NCBI GenBank assembly: GCA_031416315.1
Contig: JANOTL010000171.1
Location: 1 to 62,689, forward strand
From: Pseudomonadota bacterium
Lineage (GTDB): Bacteria > Bdellovibrionota_B > Oligoflexia > Oligoflexales > CAIYRB01
DNA length: 62,689 nucleotides
Direction: 5' to 3'
Below the pieces are notes generated by a model. It did no database searches. It saw only the letters and a program-made list of their open reading frames with translations, and was not told the origin of the DNA. Every line of letters begins with the position of its first letter. Positions within the stretch are counted from its first letter, which is position 1. The translations under genes were made by a program, and so were the position numbers. Of this stretch, positions 18,983 through 27,784 are shown piece after piece.

Positions 18983-19714
18983 ATGATCCGGACCGCGACC
19001 GCAAGCCTCGCTCTGAGCCTTTTTCTCGGCCTCACCGGCTGCATCAGCTCCGGCGTCGAGCCGCTCGTCGAGGCATCCGAGCCAGAGGAGGAGGCCGCCA
19101 TTGCCGAGGCCTCGGCGGACCTTGAGCCGGACGCCTGGCGCACCCTCCTGACCCGTGACGTCATGGACGTCGAGTCCAAAGGCCAGCAGTTCCTCGAGAG
19201 CTCGTTCAAGCTCTACGACCAGCTCCTGACCGAAGCCGAGAAGCCCGTCCTCGAGACCGAGCTGGCCACGGGCCGCGAGCGCTTCGCCGAGCTCGTGCGC
19301 GCCACGCGCCGCCTCGCCGAGGACCTGGAGCGTCCCGAGGTGAAGGAGCAGCTGGGCCTCGCGGGGGAGGAGGATCTCGCCGATCTGAAGCGCCTGACGG
19401 CCTTGTTCGCGACCGCGCCGATCGACGTCACGGTTCCAGCGACCGAATCGAAGTCCGCGACCTACACCGAGCGCCTTCTCGGCGATGCGGCGCCGAGCGT
19501 CGCGGCCGACCCGCTACCGGAAGAAGGTCTGGCGCAGGCCGAGCGCGACGCGCTCGAGCTGCTCGACCGCCTGCGCACGGTCTCGCGCGATCTCGCCTTC
19601 GTCAGCGACACCGTCTCGGCTTGGGTGCAGGCGCCCGAGGACGAGGTCCCGACCGAGCTCATGATCGGGCCCTACGCCATGGATGAAGACGCCAAAGCCC
19701 CGCTCGGCCGCTGA
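18983..19714 (+). CDS. acidic lipoprotein, hypothetical
   Basis: Lipobox LTGC, GGAG SD, helical Glu/Asp-rich sequence. Confidence 0.72.
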   Translation: MIRTATASLALSLFLGLTGCISSGVEPLVEASEPEEEAAIAEASADLEPDAWRTLLTRDVMDVESKGQQFLESSFKLYDQLLTEAEKPVLETELATGRERFAELVRATRRLAEDLERPEVKEQLGLAGEEDLADLKRLTALFATAPIDVTVPATESKSATYTERLLGDAAPSVAADPLPEEGLAQAERDALELLDRLRTVSRDLAFVSDTVSAWVQAPEDEVPTELMIGPYAMDEDAKAPLGR

Positions 19715-19851
19715 GCCAGCTCGGGCCTCTTCGGGGTCACGTCCGTGACCGGAAGGACACGGTAGAAACGCGCCAGCTCCGCGAGGAGACGGCATAAGTG
19801 CCTGACATTACTGGGAGGCTTGCGGGGCCCAGGCTTTGCTTCTCAAAGCCT

Positions 19852-20253
19852 ATGAACACGACGAGCCTCCTCATTGCCCTTTACGCCCTAGGTTACGCCA
19901 CGCCGGTCATGGCGCGTGGTTTCGGCGAAGCCTTGATCGAGATTTCGGTCCGCGCCTCGCTCCAGACGACGTCGGAGCTCATGAGTCGCGCGACGACCGC
20001 GGGAACCTCGCCCGACGACTGCCACCGCCACGGGCGCTTTCACGAGTGCATGCGCCTCGACCCGGACACCGCGGCCTTATTGGTTCGCGAAGCGTTCTCG
20101 CAGGACGGCCCGACCTTGCGCGAGTTCGCGGCCGCGATGGCGACGCGGCCGGAGACCTTGGCGGCGGCGATCGTGGGGCGGATGCCGGACGAGCCGACGC
20201 GGGACGAGTTGGAGAGGTTGTTGGCGATCGTGGGGCCGGGGTTGGCGGGGTAG
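19852..20253 (+). CDS. exported hypothetical protein
   Basis: Signal-peptide-like N-terminus MNTTSLLIALYALGYATPVMA. Confidence 0.55.
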   Translation: MNTTSLLIALYALGYATPVMARGFGEALIEISVRASLQTTSELMSRATTAGTSPDDCHRHGRFHECMRLDPDTAALLVREAFSQDGPTLREFAAAMATRPETLAAAIVGRMPDEPTRDELERLLAIVGPGLAG

Positions 20254-20271
20254 GCGTTTTCCTGCCTACCC
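20248..20271. terminator. hairpin at convergent junction
   Basis: GGGTAGGC-8 nt-GCCTACCC spanning the stop of 19852..20253; no clear U-tract. Confidence 0.35.
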
Positions 20272-20287
20272 AACCGATCAACAAAAC

Positions 20288-20752
20288 TCAGTTACAAATA
20301 TCCGCCCCATACTCCCGACAACTCCCGTCACTCCACCGCGACGTACAGTTCATCGTGCACGAAACGCTGCCCTCGCCGCAGAAATCACTCGAGTACTCGC
20401 GACAGCTGCCGTCGCTCCAACGAGACGTGCAGTGCGAGACGCAGGATGGGTCGCGGCCGCAGAAGTCCGAGCCGTATTCGCGGCAGCTGCCGTCGCTCCA
20501 GCGGGACGTGCAGTTCGGGATGCAGTTGACCGGGTCGGCGTCGCGGCATTGGCCGCTGACGCATTCCTGGCCGAAGCTGCAGTCGGCGTCGCGACGGCAT
20601 TCGTCGCCGCCGTTGCGGCATTCGCGCAGAGCGGAGTCGTACGCGCGTTGGGCCTGGTCCTCGCACCCGTCGGCATAAGCCGTGCCGCCGGTGATGAGAA
20701 ACAGGCTCGAGACGAGGGACAGGAGTCGGACGATCTTGACGAGACCTTGCAT
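20288..20752 (-). CDS. secreted Cys-rich repeat protein (18 Cys)
   Basis: Signal peptide ending AYA; CRRDADCSFGQECVSGQC module; three C-x3-CTSRWSDGSCREY-x3-(F/I)C units. Confidence 0.85.
   Translation of the reverse strand: MQGLVKIVRLLSLVSSLFLITGGTAYADGCEDQAQRAYDSALRECRNGGDECRRDADCSFGQECVSGQCRDADPVNCIPNCTSRWSDGSCREYGSDFCGRDPSCVSHCTSRWSDGSCREYSSDFCGEGSVSCTMNCTSRWSDGSCREYGADICN
20294..20524 (-). repeat. three 81-84 bp coding repeats
   Basis: The identical peptide CTSRWSDGSCREY is encoded at 20474-20512, 20393-20431 and 20309-20347. Confidence 0.9.
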
Positions 20753-20834
20753 GTGGATTCCCCATGGTGCGAGTGTTCTGGGAGCGCTCGCAACATACGG
20801 AACACCTTTCCGTCTGCCAATGCGCCAGCGTGGC

Positions 20835-22172
20835 TCAGCGTGCCGGAAGCTGCGATTTCAGCGTCAATTTAACGCTGCGTAGCGTTCCGACGTCGCGCGC
20901 AGCGCGGTCTCTGACGAAGACTTTCCAAACGCCGCCGGCGGCTTTGCCTTTCAGCGTTCCTAGCGCGGTGAGCACCGTCGCGCCACCGTCCGCGGCGTCG
21001 GCGTAGGTCTGCGCCAAATCGTCGGCGCTGCCGCCGCTGCGTCGGTGTAGGGCGACGTACGAGCCGTCGGGATGATCCAGGTAGACCTCGAGGTCGCCGA
21101 CGTATGGATGTTTGATCTTGATCTCGACCTTTACGGCGGTGATCGCGCCGTCCTGCGTCACGTTGAGGGTCTGTGCTGCGCCAGTCGACCTGTTGTCGGG
21201 AATCGCGAGCGCGAGGCCTTCCGCAGCGTGCGTCTTCACGATCTCGTCGGACGGCTCCGGCTCCGGATCGGTGGTGCCGCCGCCGGGAACGTGCTGCGCG
21301 AAAGCGGTCGCCCGCGTCACGTCCTCGCCGCGGCATTCGTCCGCCGCGCAGCGTTTCGAGACCGTGCAGCTGCCGCGCGTCGTGAAATCTTGCTCGCCGC
21401 GCACGAGGATGCCCTCGACTTCCTTGGTCGTGGCGTTGAAGACGGCGGAGCCGGAGTTGCCGCCGTAAGTATCGAGATTGGCCACGAAAAAGCCGTCATT
21501 GGCGTTGGCGCGCACCTTGGCGCCGCCCGCGATCTTGGTCGGGAGCCCAGCGGGATGGCCGACGACGACGACGGGCGCGCCGTCGGCAATCTTGCCGTCG
21601 CGCCGGATCTTCACCGGCGTGCGGCCGGTGACGGCGCGATCGAGCTTCACGACCGCAAAGTCGGCGCCGTCGCCGGGCGCCTGAGTCGCAACGATCGACT
21701 GACACGAGAAGACGTTGGACGCGTTCACGGCCGTCGGATCGGCGCCGCGCGAGTCGTAGGCGAAGTCGAAGACAAATGCCAGGCCGTCGCAGTCCGCCTG
21801 CGACGTAACGCAGTGACCTGCGGTCGCGATCAGGTCGGGCGCGACGAGGAACCCGGAGCAGAAGGCAGGGTTCGGCTGATCGCGGTAGGGCTCGTCGTCG
21901 CAAAGGCCGTAGGCCGTGCCGAAGGTCTCCGTCGGAAGCTTCATGCCGCCGTTCGGCGCCGAGGCGAGGTCCGCCTTCTTGACGAGCGCGACGGTCGAGC
22001 GCGCGAGCTCGCGGCCGATCGGCGAGGCATCGGCTTCGAAGAGGTCTCTGCGGTCGTCGTCACCGTAGATGACCTCAGGTTTCGAGATCTCGGCTTGGTT
22101 GGCGGTCTTGGTTCCGCAGCTTGCTAGAGTCAGTAAAAGGACCGGCGTGGTCCGCCGAATTGACATAAGCAT
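20835..22172 (-). CDS. trypsin-like (S1) serine protease lipoprotein with C-terminal proprotein-convertase P domain
   Basis: Lipobox LASC; TAGHC, DFAVV, GGNSGS triad; IPDN...HPYVGDL...GVWK...D...DVGTL P domain. Confidence 0.92.
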   Translation of the reverse strand: MLMSIRRTTPVLLLTLASCGTKTANQAEISKPEVIYGDDDRRDLFEADASPIGRELARSTVALVKKADLASAPNGGMKLPTETFGTAYGLCDDEPYRDQPNPAFCSGFLVAPDLIATAGHCVTSQADCDGLAFVFDFAYDSRGADPTAVNASNVFSCQSIVATQAPGDGADFAVVKLDRAVTGRTPVKIRRDGKIADGAPVVVVGHPAGLPTKIAGGAKVRANANDGFFVANLDTYGGNSGSAVFNATTKEVEGILVRGEQDFTTRGSCTVSKRCAADECRGEDVTRATAFAQHVPGGGTTDPEPEPSDEIVKTHAAEGLALAIPDNRSTGAAQTLNVTQDGAITAVKVEIKIKHPYVGDLEVYLDHPDGSYVALHRRSGGSADDLAQTYADAADGGATVLTALGTLKGKAAGGVWKVFVRDRAARDVGTLRSVKLTLKSQLPAR

Positions 22173-22241
22173 ATGAAATCCCTCCGTTTTGTCCGGATGA
22201 GACCTACCACCTGGCTGACCGGCCAGTCAAGAGCGACAGAT

Positions 22242-23303
22242 TTACAGCAGTTTCCCGTTGCTGTGCAGCGTCGCCCCGCAAAGCTTGTAGAGCACCCGCG
22301 CCCCGACGTTGAGATCCCACTCGTCTCCGTCCGGATCGGGCGCGACCTCGCACAAATCGAAGCCGACGATCGTGCGGCCGCTCGCCGCCAGCTCCTCGAT
22401 CAGGAAGATGCCTTCCTCGTAGCTCAAGCCGCCGGGAACCGGCGTGCCCGTCGACGGGCACGAGCTCGGCTCGAGACCGTCGATGTCGAAGGAGACGTAA
22501 ACCTTCGCCGGCAGCGGCCGCAGGATGTCTTTCACGATTGCATCCCAGCTTTCGCCTTTGGCCTTGCGCCGCGCGATGGTGTTCGCGAGGAACTGTTTCC
22601 CGCGATCGCCGAGCGAGCGCGCGAACGCCGTCTCCGCTGCCGAGTAATCGCGAATCCCGACCTGCACGAGCGCTTTCACCGCGGGCACCGTGGTCATCGT
22701 GTTGTACATGATCGAGGCGTGCGAATGGACGAAGCCCTCGTACGCTTGGCGTAGATCGTAGTGCGCGTCGACGTGGAGGATGCCGAAGCCGTCCGGATGC
22801 TGCGCGCCGAGCGCGCGGATCAGGCCCAGCGGGGAGGAGTGGTCGCCCCCGACGACGCCGACGAGGCGTTTCGCTTCGAGCTGCTCGCGCGCCAGGCTTT
22901 CGACGCGGTCGTTGACGCGCACGCTCGCCGCATTGACGAAGGCGAGGTCGCGATCGTCCGCGTCGACGGGGCCGTCGTTCTCGATGACGCGCAAGGCCTT
23001 CACGCGGGCGGCGTCCGACTCGGCTTCGAGCTCCGCGTCGAGCGGCAGCATGGTGATGCCGGCGCGGTACGGGCGGTCGAAGAAGGGATCCTCGAGATCC
23101 ATCTGATGGCTCGCGGTGATCATCGCCTCGGGCGCCTTCGCCGTCCCGCCGCCGTAGGACACGGTCGCATCCCAGGGCACGGGCACGAGGATCAGATCGC
23201 ACTCTTCGGGCCGCGGGCTGGCGCCGAACATGCCGGCCCAAGGCGGGGGCGGCGTCCCGGCCGCGAGGCGCGGCAGGGCGTCCTTCAAGGATTCCCAGGT
23301 CAC
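22242..23303 (-). CDS. agmatinase/arginase family ureohydrolase
   Basis: VPWDATVSYGGGT, GGDHS, DAHYD, SFDIDGLEPS, TGTPVPGG. GTG start overlaps the upstream stop. Confidence 0.92.
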   Translation of the reverse strand: MTWESLKDALPRLAAGTPPPPWAGMFGASPRPEECDLILVPVPWDATVSYGGGTAKAPEAMITASHQMDLEDPFFDRPYRAGITMLPLDAELEAESDAARVKALRVIENDGPVDADDRDLAFVNAASVRVNDRVESLAREQLEAKRLVGVVGGDHSSPLGLIRALGAQHPDGFGILHVDAHYDLRQAYEGFVHSHASIMYNTMTTVPAVKALVQVGIRDYSAAETAFARSLGDRGKQFLANTIARRKAKGESWDAIVKDILRPLPAKVYVSFDIDGLEPSSCPSTGTPVPGGLSYEEGIFLIEELAASGRTIVGFDLCEVAPDPDGDEWDLNVGARVLYKLCGATLHSNGKLL

Positions 23304-23719
23304 TTCGTCTTCGTCTCCGCGGTCTGCCAGTTCGTCTTGCCTTCGTGGACCTCGCGGTAGCACGAGGTCTTGTCTTTCGTGCAGATGAAGGCGGCCAGCT
23401 CCCAGCTCACGTCGCCCGTGGCTTTCGACGCGGCGGTCGACGCCACGATCCAGCCCGGCAGCTCTTCCTTCATGTCCTTCTTGCTGAAGGCTGCCTGCGC
23501 GAAAGTCAGGCCGTCGTGGGTCTTCAGCGTCAGCTTCCACGGCGCATCGAGGGTGACGACGTGGCCTTCGTTCGCCAGAACTTTGAAGGTCAATTGAACG
23601 TTGGCGCCGTCGAGCTTGGCGCTGGACTCGACCTTCGAGTTCTCCGGCTTGCCGAAGCCGAAGGCGGGGACGGCGCTGCAGGAAACCAATACCGCGATCA
23701 ACGTACGCATCGCACGCAT
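23300..23719 (-). CDS. exported hypothetical protein, possibly DsbD-alpha/Ig-like
   Basis: Signal peptide; GHVVTLDAPWKL and C-x6-C near the C-terminus. Confidence 0.6.
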   Translation of the reverse strand: MRAMRTLIAVLVSCSAVPAFGFGKPENSKVESSAKLDGANVQLTFKVLANEGHVVTLDAPWKLTLKTHDGLTFAQAAFSKKDMKEELPGWIVASTAASKATGDVSWELAAFICTKDKTSCYREVHEGKTNWQTAETKTK

Positions 23720-23855
23720 GAGAATCACCCCCACAAAAGCACAAGGTTCTCCTACCTTACCCCAAGATCGGTCGCTTCGCGCTCTTGACCCGAGGGGGCC
23801 GGCGTCGGCTAAGGTATTTGGTGGAAATCATTAACGCTTTTTATAGGGGACGCGC

Positions 23856-24281
23856 ATGCGATTCTGGCTCGGCGCGATCTTACTTGGCGCCACCTCGACG
23901 GCTTTCGCCGACTGCCAGTCAACGGTCGAGGCGAACGTCGTCCTCGAGAGCGCGCGCTGCGCTGCGGTCGACGTCGAGGATCTCGTGGCGAAGCACGTCG
24001 AGGCGACCCAGCCGAAGACCGAGCTGGAGAAGACGCTCGCGCGCGGGCCGTTCGAGGCTTACCGCGGATTTCTGGTGAGCGGGACGGTCGCGAAAGCGGA
24101 CGCGAAGGCCGTGAAGAAAGGGGCGACGGTGAAGGTCTTCGTCCCGGCAGCGACGGGGACCTGCGAGTTGGTGAAGAAAGGCGCGTTCCGAGGGCACATC
24201 GTCGCGGAGTGCTGCGACGGGCACCTCGGCGTGCCGTGTGCGCTCGGGACTTCCTACATTTGGAAATCCTCGAAGCGCTAG
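23856..24281 (+). CDS. exported Cys-containing hypothetical protein
   Basis: Signal peptide ending AFA; six Cys including CCDG..PC. Confidence 0.7.
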   Translation: MRFWLGAILLGATSTAFADCQSTVEANVVLESARCAAVDVEDLVAKHVEATQPKTELEKTLARGPFEAYRGFLVSGTVAKADAKAVKKGATVKVFVPAATGTCELVKKGAFRGHIVAECCDGHLGVPCALGTSYIWKSSKR

Positions 24282-24604
24282 CCTGCGATCCTGCGAACGA
24301 TCTCTATGGCCAAGTCCGTGTAGATCGATTCCGGTCGCGTGTCGTCGCGCCGATATTCGAGCGCGGCCACGACGTAGTCCGTACGCAGTTCGAGGTTGCC
24401 CGCGGCGACGCCGGCAAGAGCCGCGACGACGAGGGTCGATTCGTCGAGCTCGCCATCGCCCGTTGGCGACCTGTCGGTGACGAGCGGACGCGCGACGAGC
24501 TCCCCTTCGGCGGCGAAGCGGAGCGCGAGTAAATTGTGCCGCGGCCCGGTGATCCGGGTGGCGAGGTAGAAGTCGCCGCGGCGCGTCACCCGCATCGTCG
24601 TCAC
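24278..24604 (-). CDS. hypothetical protein
   Basis: AAGGAG SD before GTG/ATG; RITGPRHNLL motif; fills the gap downstream of rel. Confidence 0.6.
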   Translation of the reverse strand: MTTMRVTRRGDFYLATRITGPRHNLLALRFAAEGELVARPLVTDRSPTGDGELDESTLVVAALAGVAAGNLELRTDYVVAALEYRRDDTRPESIYTDLAIEIVRRIAG

Positions 24605-24672
24605 TCCTTGAGATCATAGCGAAACTTTCACCGATGATCGCAAGGCGGACAATTGCAGGACCGTCCCGGCTC

Positions 24673-27042
24673 TTACCGCTTCGTGATCCGATGCGTCGAC
24701 ATCCGCTCGACCTTGACGACGAATGGAATCGACTCGACCTTCCTGATCACGGCCTGCAGCTGTCCCAGACTCTGCAAGGTCATCTCGAACTCCAGGAGCC
24801 CGATCAGCTCGGGCGTCACGCGGATCTGCGCTCGTTGAATGTTCGCGCCGCAGGCCGAGATCGCGCTCGTGACCTCGGCGAGCACCCCGGGCTTGTCGTG
24901 GGCGGTGACGCGGAGAAAGGCGGCGTGCGCACCGCTTTGGTCGTGGGCGTTCTCCGCCCAGTGGACGTCGACGCGCCGCGCCGGGTCCATGTCGAGCGCG
25001 CGGGCGCAGCTGGACCGGTGGACCGTGACGCCCCGACCGCGCGTGATGAAGCCGACCACGTCCTCACCCGGCAGCGGGTGGCAGCAGCGGCCGAAGTTGA
25101 TCAAGACGTTCTCGATCCCGTTGACCAGGATGCCGCTGGCGACCGTGCTCTTGTTGCCTTGCTGCTGATTCTGGTCGGCGGGGCTCGATTTGTTGGTCGA
25201 AGGGCGCACGCCGTTCGTCGCGCCTGAGGCGCTACGCGAGTCCATCGGGACGACGTTGCCGCTGCCGTGCGCCGGCGGCAAGGACTTCGGGACCTTGTTC
25301 GGGAAGGCGCGGTGAGCCAGCTCGCGCGGATTGACCTTGCCGTAGCCGATGGCGATCAGGACGTCGTCGATGTGCGACTCTTTCGCGAGCTTCGGCAGAT
25401 TCTCGAGCTCGCCGTTCTTGAGCGCCTTTTCGTAGTCGACGCCTAAGTTCGAGAGCTCCTGCTCGAACATGTCCTTGCCGAGGATGCGGCTCCTGTCGCG
25501 CTGCTCCGAGCGGAGCTGCGAGCGGATCTTGTTGCGCGCCTTCGAGGTGGTGACGAAGTTGAGCCAGTCTTTGCCGGGTTTCTGGTTCGGATTGGTGAGG
25601 ATCTCGACGATGTCGCCGGATTTCAGCACCTTCTTCAGCGGAATGATGCGGCCGTTGACCTTGGCGCCGACCGTGCTGAGGCCGATCTTCGTGTGAACGT
25701 TGAAAGCGAAGTCGAGCGCCGTGGCGCCGATCGGCAGCTGGATGACGTCGCCCTTCGGCGTGAAGACGAAGATCTCCTCTTCGAAGAGGTCGACCTTCAC
25801 GGCCTCGAGGAACTCGTCCGGATCCTTGAGCTCGTTCTGCCATTCCATAATCTGGCGCAGCCAGGAGAACTTCTTCAGGTCGGTCGCGTTCTTCGGCTCG
25901 CCCTGCGGCCCGCCGCTGCCGGCGCCGAAGCGCTCCTTGTAGGCCCAGTGCGCGGCGACGCCGAGCTCGCAGGTCGCGTTCATCTCGTGCGTGCGGATCT
26001 GAATCTCGCAGGGCTCGCCGTTCGGGCGGATGACGGTCGTGTGCAGGGACTGGTACATGTTCGCCTTGGGCATGGCGATGTAGTCCTTGAAGCGCCCCGG
26101 CATCGGTTTCCACATGGCATGCACGACGCCCAAGGCCTCATAGCAGTCCTTGACGCTGTCGACGATGATGCGGAACGCGAAGAGATCGTGGATGTCCTCG
26201 AACTGGAGGTTCCGGTCCACCATCTTCTTGTAGATCGAGTAGAAGTGCTTGGGCCGTCCGGTGACCACGAGGTTTTGGAAACCGTACTTCTCGAGCTCCG
26301 ACTGCACGACCTCGCGCACGTCGGAGATGTAGGTCTCGCGCTCGCGCTTCTTCGCCGCGACCTTCTTGGCGATGTCCTTGTAGAGGTCGTTCTTCAGGTG
26401 CTTCATGCACATGTCTTCGAGATCGCTCTTGATCGAGTAAAGGCCCAAGCGGTTGGCGAGCGGGGCGTAAATCTCGATCGTCTCCTCGGCGATGCGCTGG
26501 CGTTTCGGCAGGGCCAGGTTGTCGAGGGTGCGCATGTTGTGCAGGCGGTCGCAGAGCTTGATCAGGATGACGCGCAGGTCGTTCGACATGGCGAGGACCA
26601 TCTTGCGGAAGTTCTCCGCGAGGCGCTCCTGGGTCGACCGGAACTTGATCTTCGAGATCTTGGTGAGGCCGTCGACCAAGTCCTTCACCGAGGCGCCGAA
26701 CTCGCGCTCGATGTCCTCCAGCGTGGCCTCGGTGTCCTCGACCGTGTCGTGGAGGATGGCAGCGACGACGGAGGCCATGTCGAGACGGAGCGTCGTCAGG
26801 ATCTGCGCCACGGCGAGCGGGTGGTTGATGTAGGGCTCGCCTGATTTCCGCTGCTGCGTGCGATGCGCGTGCGCCGCGAACTTATACGCCTTCGCGACCT
26901 GATCGAGGTTCGCGTCCTTCATGTAGCCTTGCAGCATGCGCACGAGGTCGGCATAGACCGCGTCCGGATGCGGCCAGATGATCGGCTCTTTTTCCGGCGC
27001 CGGCGGCGGCGTGGGAGAATTGGCTTCGGCGTCGTCGCTCAT
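24673..27042 (-). CDS. spoT: bifunctional (p)ppGpp synthetase/hydrolase Rel/SpoT
   Basis: QRKSGEPY, HDTVED (intact HD), DRLHNMRT, RFKDY, YQSLHT, TGS (FTPKG), CC, ACT. Confidence 0.96.
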   Translation of the reverse strand: MSDDAEANSPTPPPAPEKEPIIWPHPDAVYADLVRMLQGYMKDANLDQVAKAYKFAAHAHRTQQRKSGEPYINHPLAVAQILTTLRLDMASVVAAILHDTVEDTEATLEDIEREFGASVKDLVDGLTKISKIKFRSTQERLAENFRKMVLAMSNDLRVILIKLCDRLHNMRTLDNLALPKRQRIAEETIEIYAPLANRLGLYSIKSDLEDMCMKHLKNDLYKDIAKKVAAKKRERETYISDVREVVQSELEKYGFQNLVVTGRPKHFYSIYKKMVDRNLQFEDIHDLFAFRIIVDSVKDCYEALGVVHAMWKPMPGRFKDYIAMPKANMYQSLHTTVIRPNGEPCEIQIRTHEMNATCELGVAAHWAYKERFGAGSGGPQGEPKNATDLKKFSWLRQIMEWQNELKDPDEFLEAVKVDLFEEEIFVFTPKGDVIQLPIGATALDFAFNVHTKIGLSTVGAKVNGRIIPLKKVLKSGDIVEILTNPNQKPGKDWLNFVTTSKARNKIRSQLRSEQRDRSRILGKDMFEQELSNLGVDYEKALKNGELENLPKLAKESHIDDVLIAIGYGKVNPRELAHRAFPNKVPKSLPPAHGSGNVVPMDSRSASGATNGVRPSTNKSSPADQNQQQGNKSTVASGILVNGIENVLINFGRCCHPLPGEDVVGFITRGRGVTVHRSSCARALDMDPARRVDVHWAENAHDQSGAHAAFLRVTAHDKPGVLAEVTSAISACGANIQRAQIRVTPELIGLLEFEMTLQSLGQLQAVIRKVESIPFVVKVERMSTHRITKR

Positions 27043-27079
27043 ACTGCGAGAAGAATACCCCCGGCGGCTCCGGGCCGCT

Positions 27080-27784
27080 TCACTTCTTCTTCTCGGCGAT
27101 TTCGGCTGAAAGTTTCTTGAGCCAGGGGGCTTCGTCGAACTCCTTCAGGAGCTCGGCGCACAGGGCCTTGCCTTCGGTGTTGCCCAGGCTGCCTTTTTTC
27201 CCATTAATTATAATGGCTTCCAGTTCATTGTAGGCCTCGTCAACCGCCCTGTTGACGATGAACCACTCATAAATGTGACCGTTCTGGATCTCTTTGCGGG
27301 CCGAGTTCAGGCGCCGCCAGCGGACCTCGAGGGTCTCGGTGCCTCGCTTCTCCAGGCGTTTCCAGAGGGATTCGATCGAGGGCGGGAGGATGAAGATCGA
27401 GACGGCGTTCGTGAGCTTCGCCTTCGCCTGGGACCAACCTTGGACGTCGATCTCCAGCAGCGGCGTGCGGCCCAGACGGCGGATGCGCTCTAGCTCCGCG
27501 AGGCTTGTGCCGTAGAAGTTGCCGAAGACCTCGGCGTACTCGAGCATCTCGCCCTTGGCGATGCGCGCCTTGAAGTCGTCGGCGGTCGTGTGGTGATAAT
27601 GCACGCCCTCGGTCTCGCCGGGGCGCATCGGGCGCGCGGTGAAGGAGACCGACATCTGGATTTTGTCGGCGTGCTCGGTGACGAGGCGGCGATTCAACGT
27701 CGTCTTGCCCGTTCCGGAGGGGGCCGAGACGACGAAGACGCGATCTTCGGTCTTCGTGTATTTGGTGTCCGCGGATTGAGCCAT
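27080..27784 (-). CDS. gmk: guanylate kinase
   Basis: SAPSGTGKTT, RPGETEGVHY, YGT, EIDVQG, IFILPPS. Confidence 0.96.
   Translation of the reverse strand: MAQSADTKYTKTEDRVFVVSAPSGTGKTTLNRRLVTEHADKIQMSVSFTARPMRPGETEGVHYHHTTADDFKARIAKGEMLEYAEVFGNFYGTSLAELERIRRLGRTPLLEIDVQGWSQAKAKLTNAVSIFILPPSIESLWKRLEKRGTETLEVRWRRLNSARKEIQNGHIYEWFIVNRAVDEAYNELEAIIINGKKGSLGNTEGKALCAELLKEFDEAPWLKKLSAEIAEKKK

Noticed and set aside
19825..19841. GG-N10-GC sigma54-like element before 19852
   Set aside because: Only a partial match to TGGCAC-N5-TTGC; such matches are frequent by chance in GC-rich DNA.
20294..20524. Regularly spaced repeats as a possible CRISPR array
   Set aside because: The repeats are in-frame, vary at synonymous positions and encode a peptide; no cas genes are present.
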